Source: an uncultured bacterium (GTDB taxonomy: Bacteria > Eisenbacteria > RBG-16-71-46). From it: a stretch of 64,000 nt of DNA. The stretch is taken from assembly GCA_964418975.1 (NCBI GenBank), contig CAYQNV010000079.1, positions 11,938-75,937 on the forward strand, written 5' to 3'. The notes under the pieces were generated by a model. It saw nothing but the letters and a program-made list of their open reading frames with translations. It was not told the DNA's origin and searched no databases. The stretch's first letter is position 1. Every line of letters begins with the position of its first letter. A program made the translations under genes and the position numbers. Below, one piece after another: positions 55,401 to 64,000 of this stretch.

Positions 55401-57915
55401 CGCCGAGGTTGCCCGTGCCGTCGCACGCGCGCACGCGCACGCGCGCGGTGCTGGTGAGCGTCACCGGCACTGCCCAGGTGTAAGTGCCGGTGTTCGCGAG
55501 GCCCGTGGCGATGTTGGTGGGGAACGTGGCGCCGCCGTCGGTGGAGAGCGCCAGGTCCACCGAGGCCACGACCACGTTGTCCGTGGCGGCCCAGGTGACG
55601 GCGTGCGACGAGCCCGCCGCCCAGGTCTCGCCGCCCACGGGTGACGTCACGTTTACGACCGGCGCCTCGGTGTCGGGCGTGCCGAGGATGGTGAGCGTCT
55701 GGCCGTTCGACGTGCCTCCGCCCGGCGTGGGCGTGAACACGGTGATGGTCTTGCTGGCGCCCGCGGCCTGGTCCACGGCGGTGATGACGGCCGTAAGCTG
55801 TGTGCTGGAGACGAACGTGGTCGCGCGGTCCAGGCCGTCGATGCGCACGACGGAGCAGGTGGAGAAGCCAGCGCCGTTCACGGTGAGCGCGAACTCGGGA
55901 TCGCCCGCGGCGCGCGCGCTGGGAGCGATCGAGGCCGTGGCCGGCAGCGGCTTGGCGCTGGCCACCACGAAGTGGTTGCCACTCGACGCCTGCGCGTTCG
56001 TCATGACGATCTGCACGTCGCTGGAGCTCACGCGCGTCTGCGAGGTCGCGCCCGTTCCCGCCGTGGCATCCACGGAGGCGCCACCGGCGGGCGGCGTGAC
56101 CACCACGTCGTACGTGCCCGACTCGAGGTAGCCGAAGCTGTACTGGCCGAGCGCGTTCGTGGTGGTGCTGACCAGCGTGGTCACGCCCTGCTTGAGCGCC
56201 ACGGACACGCCCGCGATGGGTGTGCGATCACTCGTCGTGCCGGCGGCGCCGTCGCAGTCGTCCGCCACCGATCCGAACACCTGGCCGTAGGTGTAGGAGA
56301 GCTTGTTGATCCACGTGCCGAACGTGTTCGTGCCCTTGGTCCACTGCCCGGCGTACCAGGCCACGGTCTGGCTGGGCGAGAACTGCGCGACATCCTGGTC
56401 CATGCCGGTGTAGTCGCCCCAGCGCGATTGCGCCGTGTGCGACGTGCCGGCCTTGAGCAGTGCGCTCGGCTGGATGCTGGCATCGCCGCGCCGCTTGCCC
56501 GAGGCGTAGGCCGAGGGGAACTCGGTGCTGCTCGAGCGGCCGAAACCCAGGAAGACAGTGCCGACCGAGTCCACGGTGACGGCGGGGTAGTAGTAGAACG
56601 TGTTCGCCGCGCCGAACGTCTCGTCGGTGAGCACGACTCGGTCGGAGAGCCGCATGCGGAACAGCCGGATGGCCGAGACGTTTCCGCCGCCGATATTCGC
56701 GGACGTGTGCCACGCGGCCGTGAGCGCGCCGTTGCGCGTATAGAAATCGGTCGGCCGGCAATCGTTCGTGGCCACGAGCCCGGCGGAGCCCATCTGCGGC
56801 GCGTCCGGCGGCGGACTGTACGTGCTCACCGTGACAAAGTTGCCTGCGGACAGCACCGGTGCCGTCGGCGAGCCGGTGATGGTGCGATACGTGATCCGCG
56901 TGCCGCCCCCTGTGCGCACACACATGCAGTGGATGGTGTTGTCACCCGGCGTGAGGTTGCGCGCGGGCTTGGTGACGAACACGTCACTGGAGGTGCCGCC
57001 CGGCGGCGCGGCAACCGGGGCGAGATCCACGTACGTGAGCGCCGCGCCGCTGTACGCGGCCGCACGGTCGAGCACACGGAACTTGGAGTACTGGTACATG
57101 TTGCCCGCGAAGCTGAACTGCTGGCTGCTGAAAACGATCTTGTCGTCGGAGATGCCGAGGCCCTGATAGTCGCCCCAGTTGTTCGTGGGCGTTGCGCCGT
57201 CGAGCGACATGTCGAACGAGTAGAGCCACCACGCACCGCGCGCGTCATTGGTCTTGGAGATGGCCAGATAGAACTTGGAGAAGTTCGGGGATGTGCCCTG
57301 CGTGAAGCACAGCGCCACGAATCGTCCGCGCAGCGCGTCGTAATAGCACTGTGCGTCCGAGATGGCACCCTCCGCCGCGGGCACGCCGAAGAACGTGATG
57401 CCGCTCGTCTCGACGCGGTTCGAGCCGTCCTTGTTCGTGACCGTCACGCTCACGTTGCCGGCGGTGAACATGTTGAGCGGCCCGCCCGCCACCGTGGGCT
57501 CGGACGGGATGAAGCCGCCCTGGGTGATGCCCTCAAAGCCGTTTCCCAGCGTGGGTGCGAGCGGGTCGAACGAGCCCTTGCCCGTCGCGGGGGCGGGCGT
57601 CGTGTCCAGCGTGAACTTGGCGAACGACGTGATGGGCAGGAACGGAGGGTTCGCCTTGAGGCGCGCGATCTCCTCGTCGTAGGCCAACCAATCGCGCGGC
57701 GGGCGCTTCTGGATCGGCAGGTGCTCGCTGGGCGCGCGCGCGGGCAGGTCGCGGAAGTTGAACGACCGGGGCGAGACGCGTTCGCTCGAGACCTGGCGGG
57801 CCGTGGCTACGTCCTCGGGCGCGGACGGCAAGTCGGACTGGGCGGCGACCGGAGGCGCAAAGCCGAGCACGAATGCGAACAGCAGGGATGCGGCGGAGAG
57901 GGCCGGCCTGGGCAT
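52423..57915 (-). CDS. Giant (~1830 aa) secreted multidomain surface protein with T9SS-type C-terminal sorting domain
   Basis: Signal peptide MPRPALSAASLLFAFVLGFAPPVAAQ. Carboxypeptidase-regulatory-like domain (VSVALKQGVTTLVSTTTNALGQYSFGYLESGTYDVVV). Multiple Ig/CARDB-like units, including two divergent InlB B-repeat-like segments (…LTATPSAGWNFDFWTGD…, …LDAIPGTGWAFSAWSGD…). C-terminal PNPVRAAMRFLFALPRDANVHLGVHDVQGRELLVL...GLYFVRLVVPGRTIVRRFVFMK sorting domain. Confidence 0.8.
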   Translation of the reverse strand: MPRPALSAASLLFAFVLGFAPPVAAQSDLPSAPEDVATARQVSSERVSPRSFNFRDLPARAPSEHLPIQKRPPRDWLAYDEEIARLKANPPFLPITSFAKFTLDTTPAPATGKGSFDPLAPTLGNGFEGITQGGFIPSEPTVAGGPLNMFTAGNVSVTVTNKDGSNRVETSGITFFGVPAAEGAISDAQCYYDALRGRFVALCFTQGTSPNFSKFYLAISKTNDARGAWWLYSFDMSLDGATPTNNWGDYQGLGISDDKIVFSSQQFSFAGNMYQYSKFRVLDRAAAYSGAALTYVDLAPVAAPPGGTSSDVFVTKPARNLTPGDNTIHCMCVRTGGGTRITYRTITGSPTAPVLSAGNFVTVSTYSPPPDAPQMGSAGLVATNDCRPTDFYTRNGALTAAWHTSANIGGGNVSAIRLFRMRLSDRVVLTDETFGAANTFYYYPAVTVDSVGTVFLGFGRSSSTEFPSAYASGKRRGDASIQPSALLKAGTSHTAQSRWGDYTGMDQDVAQFSPSQTVAWYAGQWTKGTNTFGTWINKLSYTYGQVFGSVADDCDGAAGTTSDRTPIAGVSVALKQGVTTLVSTTTNALGQYSFGYLESGTYDVVVTPPAGGASVDATAGTGATSQTRVSSSDVQIVMTNAQASSGNHFVVASAKPLPATASIAPSARAAGDPEFALTVNGAGFSTCSVVRIDGLDRATTFVSSTQLTAVITAVDQAAGASKTITVFTPTPGGGTSNGQTLTILGTPDTEAPVVNVTSPVGGETWAAGSSHAVTWAATDNVVVASVDLALSTDGGATFPTNIATGLANTGTYTWAVPVTLTSTARVRVRACDGTGNLGADSSAANFAITGWTVSASAGPNGAIAPSGALAVADGATPAFTITPNVGYHVQDVLVNDVSVGAVTLYTFPAVHADQTIAATFAINTYTLTLGTLGNGGVAAVPNQATYDHGTAVQLTATPSAGWNFDFWTGDASGSVNPLNLVMDGNKSITANFGERTYTWNQTGTAAWTTATNWTPARTVPATNDVLIFNNGAAAAIASSVPTQTVGQILVSGLTNITLQTSGVATVTISGGAGIDLSVATGSTLQLTGSPAIMLAITSGATGAITGTTTLAGAAHRITAADPGSLIYQGGATCVTGVGFVGNPFGATSLNSVEFRAGSLYQHTAGANPFGASAPSSVVTFLAGSRYRVDGAITPSASGRAYADFEFNNGGTISASGGTPMTLDSLIVSQGSFSLNLTGGAFIRGDMHVKPGATLGFNPASGSPVFSFDGPSPQSVDVQGTFNSTANAGINLNNAAGLSLVTDLSLNGALSFTIGNLSTGARTLHQSSTSSTTGASQGTGWVNGTLRKTYASGVFSGSLDVGDAVTHAPIVVSGSGAGAGFNLTASTTAGDHPLLAGSTLDPARSVNRRWSLAPASAAGATWSARFNFPTADVDLGADPNTFGAQVHDGSAWSPLAINARTSNSTEASGLTSATPGTQFAVANLQSLTISASAGAGGAIDPSGAVAVAVNGDQSFAMLPDPGYHVADVLVDGVSVGAVTGYSFTNVTANHTIAASFAGDARSLTVNVVGGGAVTKTPDQPSYPHGSSVQLDAIPGTGWAFSAWSGDLVSTNDPENLLMDDAKTVTSTFLDIAPPTVAVTAPNGGEVITLGTNTSLTWTASDNAAVTSVDLELSRAGVGGPFESVATSLANTGSFDWAVSGALTTDALLRVTARDAASNASQDVSDAVFSIANSTGVLDGPVTEFALAPVWPNPVRAAMRFLFALPRDANVHLGVHDVQGRELLVLADGTFPAGRHSVDGSSLARTHLDPGLYFVRLVVPGRTIVRRFVFMK

Positions 57916-58110
57916 GGAGGGCGTTCCGGGGTGGGGGAAGTGGGGCGAGGCAGGGTGTATTCGCACGAATCCTACCGGCCGACTGCGGGGCGCGACAACG
58001 AAAGAGTTGATCGGATGAGCGAGCCGGGTACTTGAGCCACGGGTGCGGGACTCGCGCAATGCGGTCCGCGATGCCTTCGTCCGGCCTCCCCGGGGTGCCG
58101 CCGGCGCGCC

Positions 58111-59220
58111 TCAATCCCCGAAGCAGATCCCCAGGTCGCGTGCCGTCGCCACCGTGTCACTGGCCAGCGACACCACCTTCATGCGACCCACCGCGGCCTC
58201 CAGCGGCTGGTAGCGCACGTGTGGCGGCTCGAGCGACACCATCACCGAACTGTGCCCGGCCTCCAGCGCGCGCACCGCCGCGGCGCCGAAGCGCAGCGCC
58301 ACCAGTCGGTCGAAGCTGGTCGGCGAGCCGCCACGCAGCAGGTGCCCGAGCACGGCCACGCGCGTCTCGCGGCCCACGAGTCCTTCCAGTTCGCGACCCA
58401 CCTTTTCGCCCACGCCGCCCAGTCGTTCGGCTTGGCCGGCGGCCGTCCCCAGCACAGTGACCGTGCCGCCTTCGGGCCGGGCGCCTTCGGCGACCACGAC
58501 CAGCGTGTAGAGCCGGCCCTTCCGCTCACGGCGGCGGATGTGGTCGGCGACCTTTTCGATCTCGTAGGGGATCTCGGGAATCAGGATTACGTCGGCGTTG
58601 CCGGCGATGCCGGCGTGCAGCGCGATCCAACCCGCATAGCGGCCCATCACCTCCACCACCATGAGCCGATGGTGCGACGCGGCCGTGGAGTGCAGCCGGT
58701 CGAGGCACTCGGTGGCGAACGACACCGCCGTGTCGAAGCCGAACGTCATGAATGTGCGCTGGAGATCGTTGTCGATGGTCTTCGGCACGCCCACCACCCG
58801 CAGGCCGCGCTTCGCCAGTTCGTAGGCGATACCGAGCGAGCCGTCGCCGCCCACCGCCACGATCGCGTCGATGCCTTGCTCGTGAAGCTTCGCCACCAGC
58901 TCGTCGCCACGGTCCACCTCGGCTACGGTTCCGCCCGGCTGCGGCATCGGGAAATGGAACGGATCGCCGCGATTCGTGGTGCCGAGTATGGTTCCGCCCA
59001 AGTGCGCGATGCCCGACACCCGGGCGCGGTTGAGCCGCGTGAGGCCGTCGCCGCCGTAGCGCTCGGGCGCCAGCACGCCGTGGTAGCCGTCGCGGATCCC
59101 CCAGCACTCCCAGCCGCGATTCTCGGCGGCGAGCACCGTGGCGCGAATGACGGCGTTCAACCCCGGCGCGTCGCCGCCGCCCGTGCTGATCGCGATCCTG
59201 CGAATGGGAGTCGGGTTCAC
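58111..59220 (-). CDS. pfk: 6-phosphofructokinase (PfkA family)
   Basis: RIAISTGGGDAPGLNAVIR substrate/ATP-binding N-terminus. GWECWGIRDGYHG. MGRYAGWIALHAGIAG. Start assigned to a GTG with GGAG seven nt upstream. An in-frame ATG at 59289 is an alternative. Confidence 0.8.
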   Translation of the reverse strand: MNPTPIRRIAISTGGGDAPGLNAVIRATVLAAENRGWECWGIRDGYHGVLAPERYGGDGLTRLNRARVSGIAHLGGTILGTTNRGDPFHFPMPQPGGTVAEVDRGDELVAKLHEQGIDAIVAVGGDGSLGIAYELAKRGLRVVGVPKTIDNDLQRTFMTFGFDTAVSFATECLDRLHSTAASHHRLMVVEVMGRYAGWIALHAGIAGNADVILIPEIPYEIEKVADHIRRRERKGRLYTLVVVAEGARPEGGTVTVLGTAAGQAERLGGVGEKVGRELEGLVGRETRVAVLGHLLRGGSPTSFDRLVALRFGAAAVRALEAGHSSVMVSLEPPHVRYQPLEAAVGRMKVVSLASDTVATARDLGICFGD

Positions 59221-59363
59221 CGTCACGCTCCGTGTGATTCGGGCCGCGGGGCGCGGGCGCACCGCGCGTGGAAAGGGTCGAGGTAGCATAGCGCGTGCGC
59301 CCGCAACACGAGAGCCCCGCCAGGGGGCAGGGCTCTCGGTGCGGCTCGGGGGAGGGGCTGCGA

Positions 59364-60074
59364 CTAGCGGTACAGACCCTTCAACCGTCCCCACGTGCTC
59401 TTCTGCGTGGACACGGGGCACTGCAGATCGACCTTGCCGTCGTGGCGGAACAGGTAGCCGGGGATGCCGATGCCGGGCGAGGTGTTCCACGTGGCGCCAC
59501 CCGTGAACAGCCCGGGACAGACCTGTTCATTGGGGCCGATGAAGTAGGGAAGCAGTGTGCCGCCGGTCCAGGCGATGTCGCCCTCGATGCTGCCGACCTG
59601 GAACGCGGTGAAGTTGTTCGTGGTCACGAGCAGCGACGTGAACTGCCCGGTGAGTATCGCCGGCGGGTCATCCAGGAACGTACTCGGCACGTCTCCGTTC
59701 GGGGGGAACGGCGTGAACAGCGCGTTCGGCGTGGCGTCGGCGTACACCTCGATCGTGCCGCCCGTGTAGAACGTGGTGTAGATCTCGGTGGCCGGTGGGC
59801 CAAACGTGCTCGTGCCGAGCGACGTGAGTCCATCAACGTAGAACGTGTACTCGATCGAGGGGATGGTCGCGTTCAGGAAGTCGAGCGGCGGGCCGAACGC
59901 GCTCACGGTGCCGACGCACTTGAGGATGCCCCCGGCCGGCAGGTTCGTCGGCGTGGCTCCCGTCTGCCAGAAGTAGGCAGGGTCCCAATCGAATACCGGG
60001 CCGATCGCGCGGGCCGGCGCGGCCGCGCTCGCGAGCATCAGGCTCGCGCACATCATCGTCATCCAACGCTTCAT
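59364..60074 (-). CDS. Secreted protein, paralog A (conserved C-terminal WGRLKGLYR)
   Basis: GGAG RBS. Signal peptide MKRWMTMMCASLMLASAAAPARA. 236 aa, Thr/Gly/Pro-rich beta-type composition. Confidence 0.6.
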   Translation of the reverse strand: MKRWMTMMCASLMLASAAAPARAIGPVFDWDPAYFWQTGATPTNLPAGGILKCVGTVSAFGPPLDFLNATIPSIEYTFYVDGLTSLGTSTFGPPATEIYTTFYTGGTIEVYADATPNALFTPFPPNGDVPSTFLDDPPAILTGQFTSLLVTTNNFTAFQVGSIEGDIAWTGGTLLPYFIGPNEQVCPGLFTGGATWNTSPGIGIPGYLFRHDGKVDLQCPVSTQKSTWGRLKGLYR

Positions 60075-60115
60075 GTTCGTCTCCATTTCGGCTGCCGTCG
60101 CACCCAGGCGCCGGA

Positions 60116-60796
60116 TCACCGGTAACCGGCCTTGAGCCGTCCCCAGCTGGTGCGGCGTGCCGAGACCGGGGCGTTCAGGAACGTCTGCCCGTCGATCTGG
60201 TGCGCGTAGCCGGGAGGGGTGTTGAGCGCGTTGCCGCTCGAGCCCGCGAACGTCCAGCCCGCGCGCTGATTGAGCGGGAAGTTTCCGAGCTGCGTGCCGT
60301 CGGTGACCGTGAAGACGGCCTCGAAGCTGCCCGTGCCGTTCGACGTGTCGAGCACGAATTGGAAGTTGGTGAGGGTGCCCACCAGGATCGAGGCGCCGTC
60401 CTGGAAGGTGCCGGGGGCGAGCGCGTTGGGTGGGTTGGACCCGTAGTCTCCGGTCGTGCCGCCCACCTTCGCATCCTCGTAGATCGTGATGGTGCCCGAC
60501 GAGTAGCTGATGATTCGGAAGTTGCCGATCGCCGTGAAGCCCGTGGACGACAGGCCCTGCATCACGTACGTGTATTCGTTGGCGACCGTGTTCGACGTGA
60601 GCGGAGTGAACAGGAACGGGCACGTGCCGAGGCCCACGTAACCGCTGCCGACTTCACCGAATTCCGCTGGCAACGGATTCGGGAATTCGTAATCGAACCC
60701 GACGTAGTCGAACAACAGCGACTGCGCGCGAGCGTTGGGAACCAAGGCCAGAACGGCGAAAGTCGCGAACAATACCGTGGTCAGGATTCTACGCAT
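60116..60796 (-). CDS. Secreted protein, paralog B (conserved C-terminal WGRLKAGYR)
   Basis: Signal peptide MRRILTTVLFATFAVLALVPNARA. 226 aa. Shares overall composition and C-terminal motifs (NTPPGY/NTSPGI…, …TSWGRLKAGYR) with paralog A. Confidence 0.6.
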   Translation of the reverse strand: MRRILTTVLFATFAVLALVPNARAQSLLFDYVGFDYEFPNPLPAEFGEVGSGYVGLGTCPFLFTPLTSNTVANEYTYVMQGLSSTGFTAIGNFRIISYSSGTITIYEDAKVGGTTGDYGSNPPNALAPGTFQDGASILVGTLTNFQFVLDTSNGTGSFEAVFTVTDGTQLGNFPLNQRAGWTFAGSSGNALNTPPGYAHQIDGQTFLNAPVSARRTSWGRLKAGYR

Positions 60797-61102
60797 GCAT
60801 ACACCTCGCGGCTCCGGTGAGGGACCGAGACAACCTGGCGAATGGAAGCCGGGCGCGGGTTCAGCCACGCACCGACTCTGGGAACCGTCCATGGAGGGAT
60901 CCGGCTGATCCGGAGTCACCGCGCGTCGACGCAGGGGGATGCGCCGCGGCAACAGACGCGGGGAGAGGCTTCGGAGGAACAGCAGTGCGGCAAGTCTAGA
61001 GATTCCCTGCATTTTCAGCAATCGGAGATTCGGGTCAGGAACGATGAACTCGTCGAGCAGCGGGACCGACGAACCGCATCCGGAGTCTCGCACGTACGGC
61101 GT

Positions 61103-64000
61103 TCAGGCCGGCCGAATCTCGTTCGCCAGCGCTGCCGCCTCCTGGAGCGCCTGTTCCAGCCCGAGGCCCTCGCCGTCTGCTCGCAGACGAGCCGCTTCGC
61201 TCTCGCCCAGCGTTGCCGAGAGCCGGGCGGCGAGACGTTCCACTTCGACCGCCTCCGCCGACAGGAGGGGAGAGCTGAGCGCCGCCCGCGCAGTGGCCGC
61301 GGCCGCCAGCAGGCGCGCGGACTCGGCCGGGCGGCCACAGGCGAACAGCCACTCCGCCATCGCCTCCAGCGCGTACACCGCCTCACGCGGGGCCTCGAGG
61401 CCTGCGAGCACCTTGAGGCACTCGCGCAACCGCTCCCCGGCCTCGGCCGGCGCCCCCACGCGGAGCAGCGAGGAGACGAGCGAGGCCAGGCACAGCGCCT
61501 CAGTGCTGCGGTCACCCACTTCACGGAAGATCGCGAGCGCGGTCTCCAGCTTCGCGCGGCCGTGGTCTCCAGTCCCCTGAGCCCATTGCACCGTGGCGAT
61601 GTTGTGCAGCGCCATCGCGGCGCCGCGGCGTTCGCCGAGCGCTTCGTAATGCGCCAGGCTCTCGGCGCTGATCGCCAGCGCGTCCTCGAAACGCGACTGG
61701 AGCATGGCCACCACGCCGAGGCCGGCGAGCGCGCGAGCCACGCCCTTTTCGTCCTGTTGAGCCCGGCAGATGGCGAGGCTCTCCTCGAGCAGCGGACGGG
61801 ACGAGGTGTAGTCGCCCTTGATGCCCGCGAACCCCGCCGCGCGCGTGAGCACCTTGGCGCGGAGCGGCGTGGGCAAACGGGCGGTGTCGCGTGCCAGCGC
61901 TTCCTGGCACAGGCGAAGTCCGAGCGCGTAGCGCCCGCGCACCGACCAGAAGCGCTGCGCCCCTGCGACCAGGCGGAGTCCGCGCGCGGCGCCATCCTCG
62001 GCGTGGGAGCACCACGACAGCGCGGCGAGCAGGTTCTCCTCCTCGGGTCCCAACTCGCGCAGAGTCGCCTGCATCCGCGGGCCGCTCATGGCAACCTCGG
62101 CGCCCTCGGCCAGCGCGAGGTATTCGGCGAGGTGTCGCTCGCGAAGCGCAGCGTGCTCCAGGTGCGCCTCGAACTTCTCCAGCGCGAACCGCCACACGCT
62201 CTCGAGGAACCGGTAGCGGGGCACCCCGCCCTCGCCGTGCTGCACCACGACGAGGGATCGCTCGACCAATCGCGTGAGCAGGTCAAGCACGTCGAACTCG
62301 TCGCCGTCGTCGGAACAAACAGCGGTGGCGCGCTCGAGCGTCCAGCCCCCCGTGAACACCGCGAGGCGGCGGAGCAGGTCCTGTTCCGGCGCGAGCAGGT
62401 GGTCCCAGCTCCACTGGATCACGGCGAGGACCGTCTGCTGCCGCGACGGCGCGCCGGCTCCCGCACGCGTCAACAGCTTGAACCGGTCACCGAGGCGGGC
62501 ACGGATCTGGTCCACGCCCAGGAGCCGCACGCGCGCGGCCGCCAGCTCCAGCGCCAGCGGAATACCATCCAACCGGCGGCAGATCTCGGCCACGGCCGAA
62601 GCGTTCGCGTCGGCGAGCTCAAACGCGGGCGAGGCGGCGCGCGCGCGTTCGCTGAACAGCCGCACGGCCTCGCTGGCGTCGGCCGCGGCGGCCGTGCGCA
62701 CGTGCTCGCCCGGCACCGACAGCATCGGCACGATGTAGAGCGTCTCGCCTTCGATGCCGAGGGGTTCTCGGTTCGTCACCAGCAGTTTCGCCTGAGGACA
62801 GGCGCGCAACAGCTCCGCGGCCAGGGTGGAACAGGCCGCCGGATGCGTCTCGGCGTTGTCCAGCAACACCAGCGCGCAGCGCGGCGCAAGCCAGGCGGTC
62901 ACGCCCTCGCTGAGCGGGCGCCCGGGTTCGTCGCGCACGCCGAGCGTCGCGGCGAGCGCCTCGATCAGTCGCTCGGGCTCGGTGAGCGGCGCCACGTCCA
63001 CGAACCACACGCCGTCGCGGAATGTCTCGAGCTGGCTTTCGGCCAACTGCAGCGCCAGGCGCGTCTTCCCCGAACCGCCGATGCCGCTGAGCGTGAGCAG
63101 CCGCGTCTCGCCCAGCGCGCGCGCGCACTCGGCCAGCGTGACCTGTCGTCCCACGAAGCTCGTGGCCTGCGCGGGCAGGTTGTTTGGCGTGGTAACGTGC
63201 TCGCCCTCGCGTAGCGCGGCAGCACGCCGGATGCCGAGCGCCTCCTCGAGCGTGAAGCGTAGCTCGCGAGCCGATCGCGGACGCAGCTCGGTGTCCTTCG
63301 CGAGGCACGCCTCGACCATGGCGCGCACGGTGGCCGGCGTGCGCTCGGGCAGCGCACCGAGGTCGGCGTTGTCGTTCAGAACCTGCGCCATGGCCACGTA
63401 CGGGTCGTCCGCCGGGAACGCGCGCCGGCCGCTCAAGCACTCGTAGAGCAGGCATCCGAACGCGAACACATCGGTGCGCTCGTCCTGCGTTCCGGCCAGC
63501 ACCTGTTCGGGACTCATGTAACCCGGCGTGCCCGACACGGGCCCCGACATCGAGGCCGACTGCTGGCTCGAGACGCTCATGAATCCCGCCACCGGCGGGC
63601 TCGCGGCGCTCACGGATGGCCGCGGATTGGCGAGCCCGTACGTGCGCTTGGCGAGTCCGAAGTCGAGCACCTTCACGAGCCCGCGCGGTCCGAGCATGAC
63701 GTTGCCCGGCTTCAGGTCGCGGTGTACGACGCCACGCTCGTGCGCCACCTCGAGCGCCTGCGCCACCTGGGCCAAAACCTGAAGTGCCTCGTCCACGGTG
63801 AATCGTTCGCGCACCAGCCGCTGGGCGAGCGACTCGCCCTCGACCAGCTCCAACACCAGCACCATGGTGCCGCCCGGCATCTCCTCGAGGCCGTGGATCG
63901 TGGCGATGTTCGGATGGTTCAACGAAGCCAGCGCCAGCGCCTCGTTCCGGAACAGTGCCAGTGCCTCCGAATCCGCGGTGAGCCGCGACGGGAGCAGCTT
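61103..64000 (-). CDS. Ser/Thr protein kinase fused to STAND/NB-ARC-type NTPase and TPR repeats (5' end beyond window)
   Basis: The kinase catalytic core is visible at the window edge (HRDLKPGNVML, DFGLA, GTPGYMSPE). A P-loop NTPase follows (LTLSGIGGSGKTRLALQLAE, hhhhD Walker B ALVLLDNAETH), then about 350 aa of TPR-like helical repeats. The reading frame stays open to nt 64000. Confidence 0.75.
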   Translation of the reverse strand, partial: KLLPSRLTADSEALALFRNEALALASLNHPNIATIHGLEEMPGGTMVLVLELVEGESLAQRLVRERFTVDEALQVLAQVAQALEVAHERGVVHRDLKPGNVMLGPRGLVKVLDFGLAKRTYGLANPRPSVSAASPPVAGFMSVSSQQSASMSGPVSGTPGYMSPEQVLAGTQDERTDVFAFGCLLYECLSGRRAFPADDPYVAMAQVLNDNADLGALPERTPATVRAMVEACLAKDTELRPRSARELRFTLEEALGIRRAAALREGEHVTTPNNLPAQATSFVGRQVTLAECARALGETRLLTLSGIGGSGKTRLALQLAESQLETFRDGVWFVDVAPLTEPERLIEALAATLGVRDEPGRPLSEGVTAWLAPRCALVLLDNAETHPAACSTLAAELLRACPQAKLLVTNREPLGIEGETLYIVPMLSVPGEHVRTAAAADASEAVRLFSERARAASPAFELADANASAVAEICRRLDGIPLALELAAARVRLLGVDQIRARLGDRFKLLTRAGAGAPSRQQTVLAVIQWSWDHLLAPEQDLLRRLAVFTGGWTLERATAVCSDDGDEFDVLDLLTRLVERSLVVVQHGEGGVPRYRFLESVWRFALEKFEAHLEHAALRERHLAEYLALAEGAEVAMSGPRMQATLRELGPEEENLLAALSWCSHAEDGAARGLRLVAGAQRFWSVRGRYALGLRLCQEALARDTARLPTPLRAKVLTRAAGFAGIKGDYTSSRPLLEESLAICRAQQDEKGVARALAGLGVVAMLQSRFEDALAISAESLAHYEALGERRGAAMALHNIATVQWAQGTGDHGRAKLETALAIFREVGDRSTEALCLASLVSSLLRVGAPAEAGERLRECLKVLAGLEAPREAVYALEAMAEWLFACGRPAESARLLAAAATARAALSSPLLSAEAVEVERLAARLSATLGESEAARLRADGEGLGLEQALQEAAALANEIRPA

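Noticed and set aside
58752-59033. Internal ORFs within pfk and within the giant surface-protein gene (for example 54182..55426, 55972..58035)
   Set aside because: Alternative-frame ORFs with repetitive Arg/Gly composition, inside genes with strong motif support.
1-64000. CRISPR arrays, rRNA genes
   Set aside because: No short direct-repeat/spacer periodicity and no rRNA-like conserved stretches were seen. The window is almost entirely protein-coding.

Overview
This is a very GC-rich (roughly 70% by eye) bacterial chromosomal segment, densely coding on both strands, with about 55 supportable genes. Two large secreted proteins end in a Por/T9SS-type C-terminal sorting domain (FlgD-Ig-like, around 90 aa), which, together with the GC content, suggests a Gemmatimonadota-like organism. 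This phylum guess is inference. Most long ORFs in the six-frame track that run antisense to these genes are GC-driven artefacts. Recognisable content is as follows. (1) A secreted protease with two retropepsin-like half-domains plus a PDZ domain. (2) An Eis-like GNAT / thioesterase / TAT-signal peptide / amidase operon. (3) DinB-family and outer-membrane beta-barrel genes. (4) A wecA-like GT4 plus GT2 envelope operon with an unusually AT-rich upstream region. (5) A tldD-pmbA pair. (6) A TetR / membrane HMA metallochaperone / P1B-4 (SPC and HEGST motifs) metal ATPase module. (7) Arginase. (8) An IS element, about 1.2 kb, with 16/17-bp terminal inverted repeats, inserted 25 bp upstream of a Hanks-type Ser/Thr kinase fused to a BRCT domain. 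(9) A secreted protein made of three ~200-aa tandem repeats. (10) An FAD/BBE-like oxidase, an ABC-2 exporter, and an S41/TPR protease. (11) An Arg/Ser/Asp-rich secreted protein. (12) A beta-propeller/phosphoesterase fusion. (13) A MoaD/ThiS-like GG protein translationally coupled to a BNR-repeat protein. (14) An S9 peptidase operon. (15) A DNA-alkylation-repair island: YjbR/HhH, ogt, and an ada-alkA fusion carrying a 1-nt frameshift. (16) An ArnT/PMT-like GT-C glycosyltransferase. (17) A roughly 1830-aa surface protein. (18) pfk. (19) Two tandem paralogous secretory proteins sharing a conserved C-terminal WGRLKxxYR motif. (20) A partial kinase/STAND-NTPase/TPR signalling protein that runs off the window end. 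No rRNA, tRNA or CRISPR array could be supported. A 32-bp perfect inverted repeat (MITE or hairpin-like) lies between two convergent genes. All functional calls are from motif recognition by eye; none were checked against databases.
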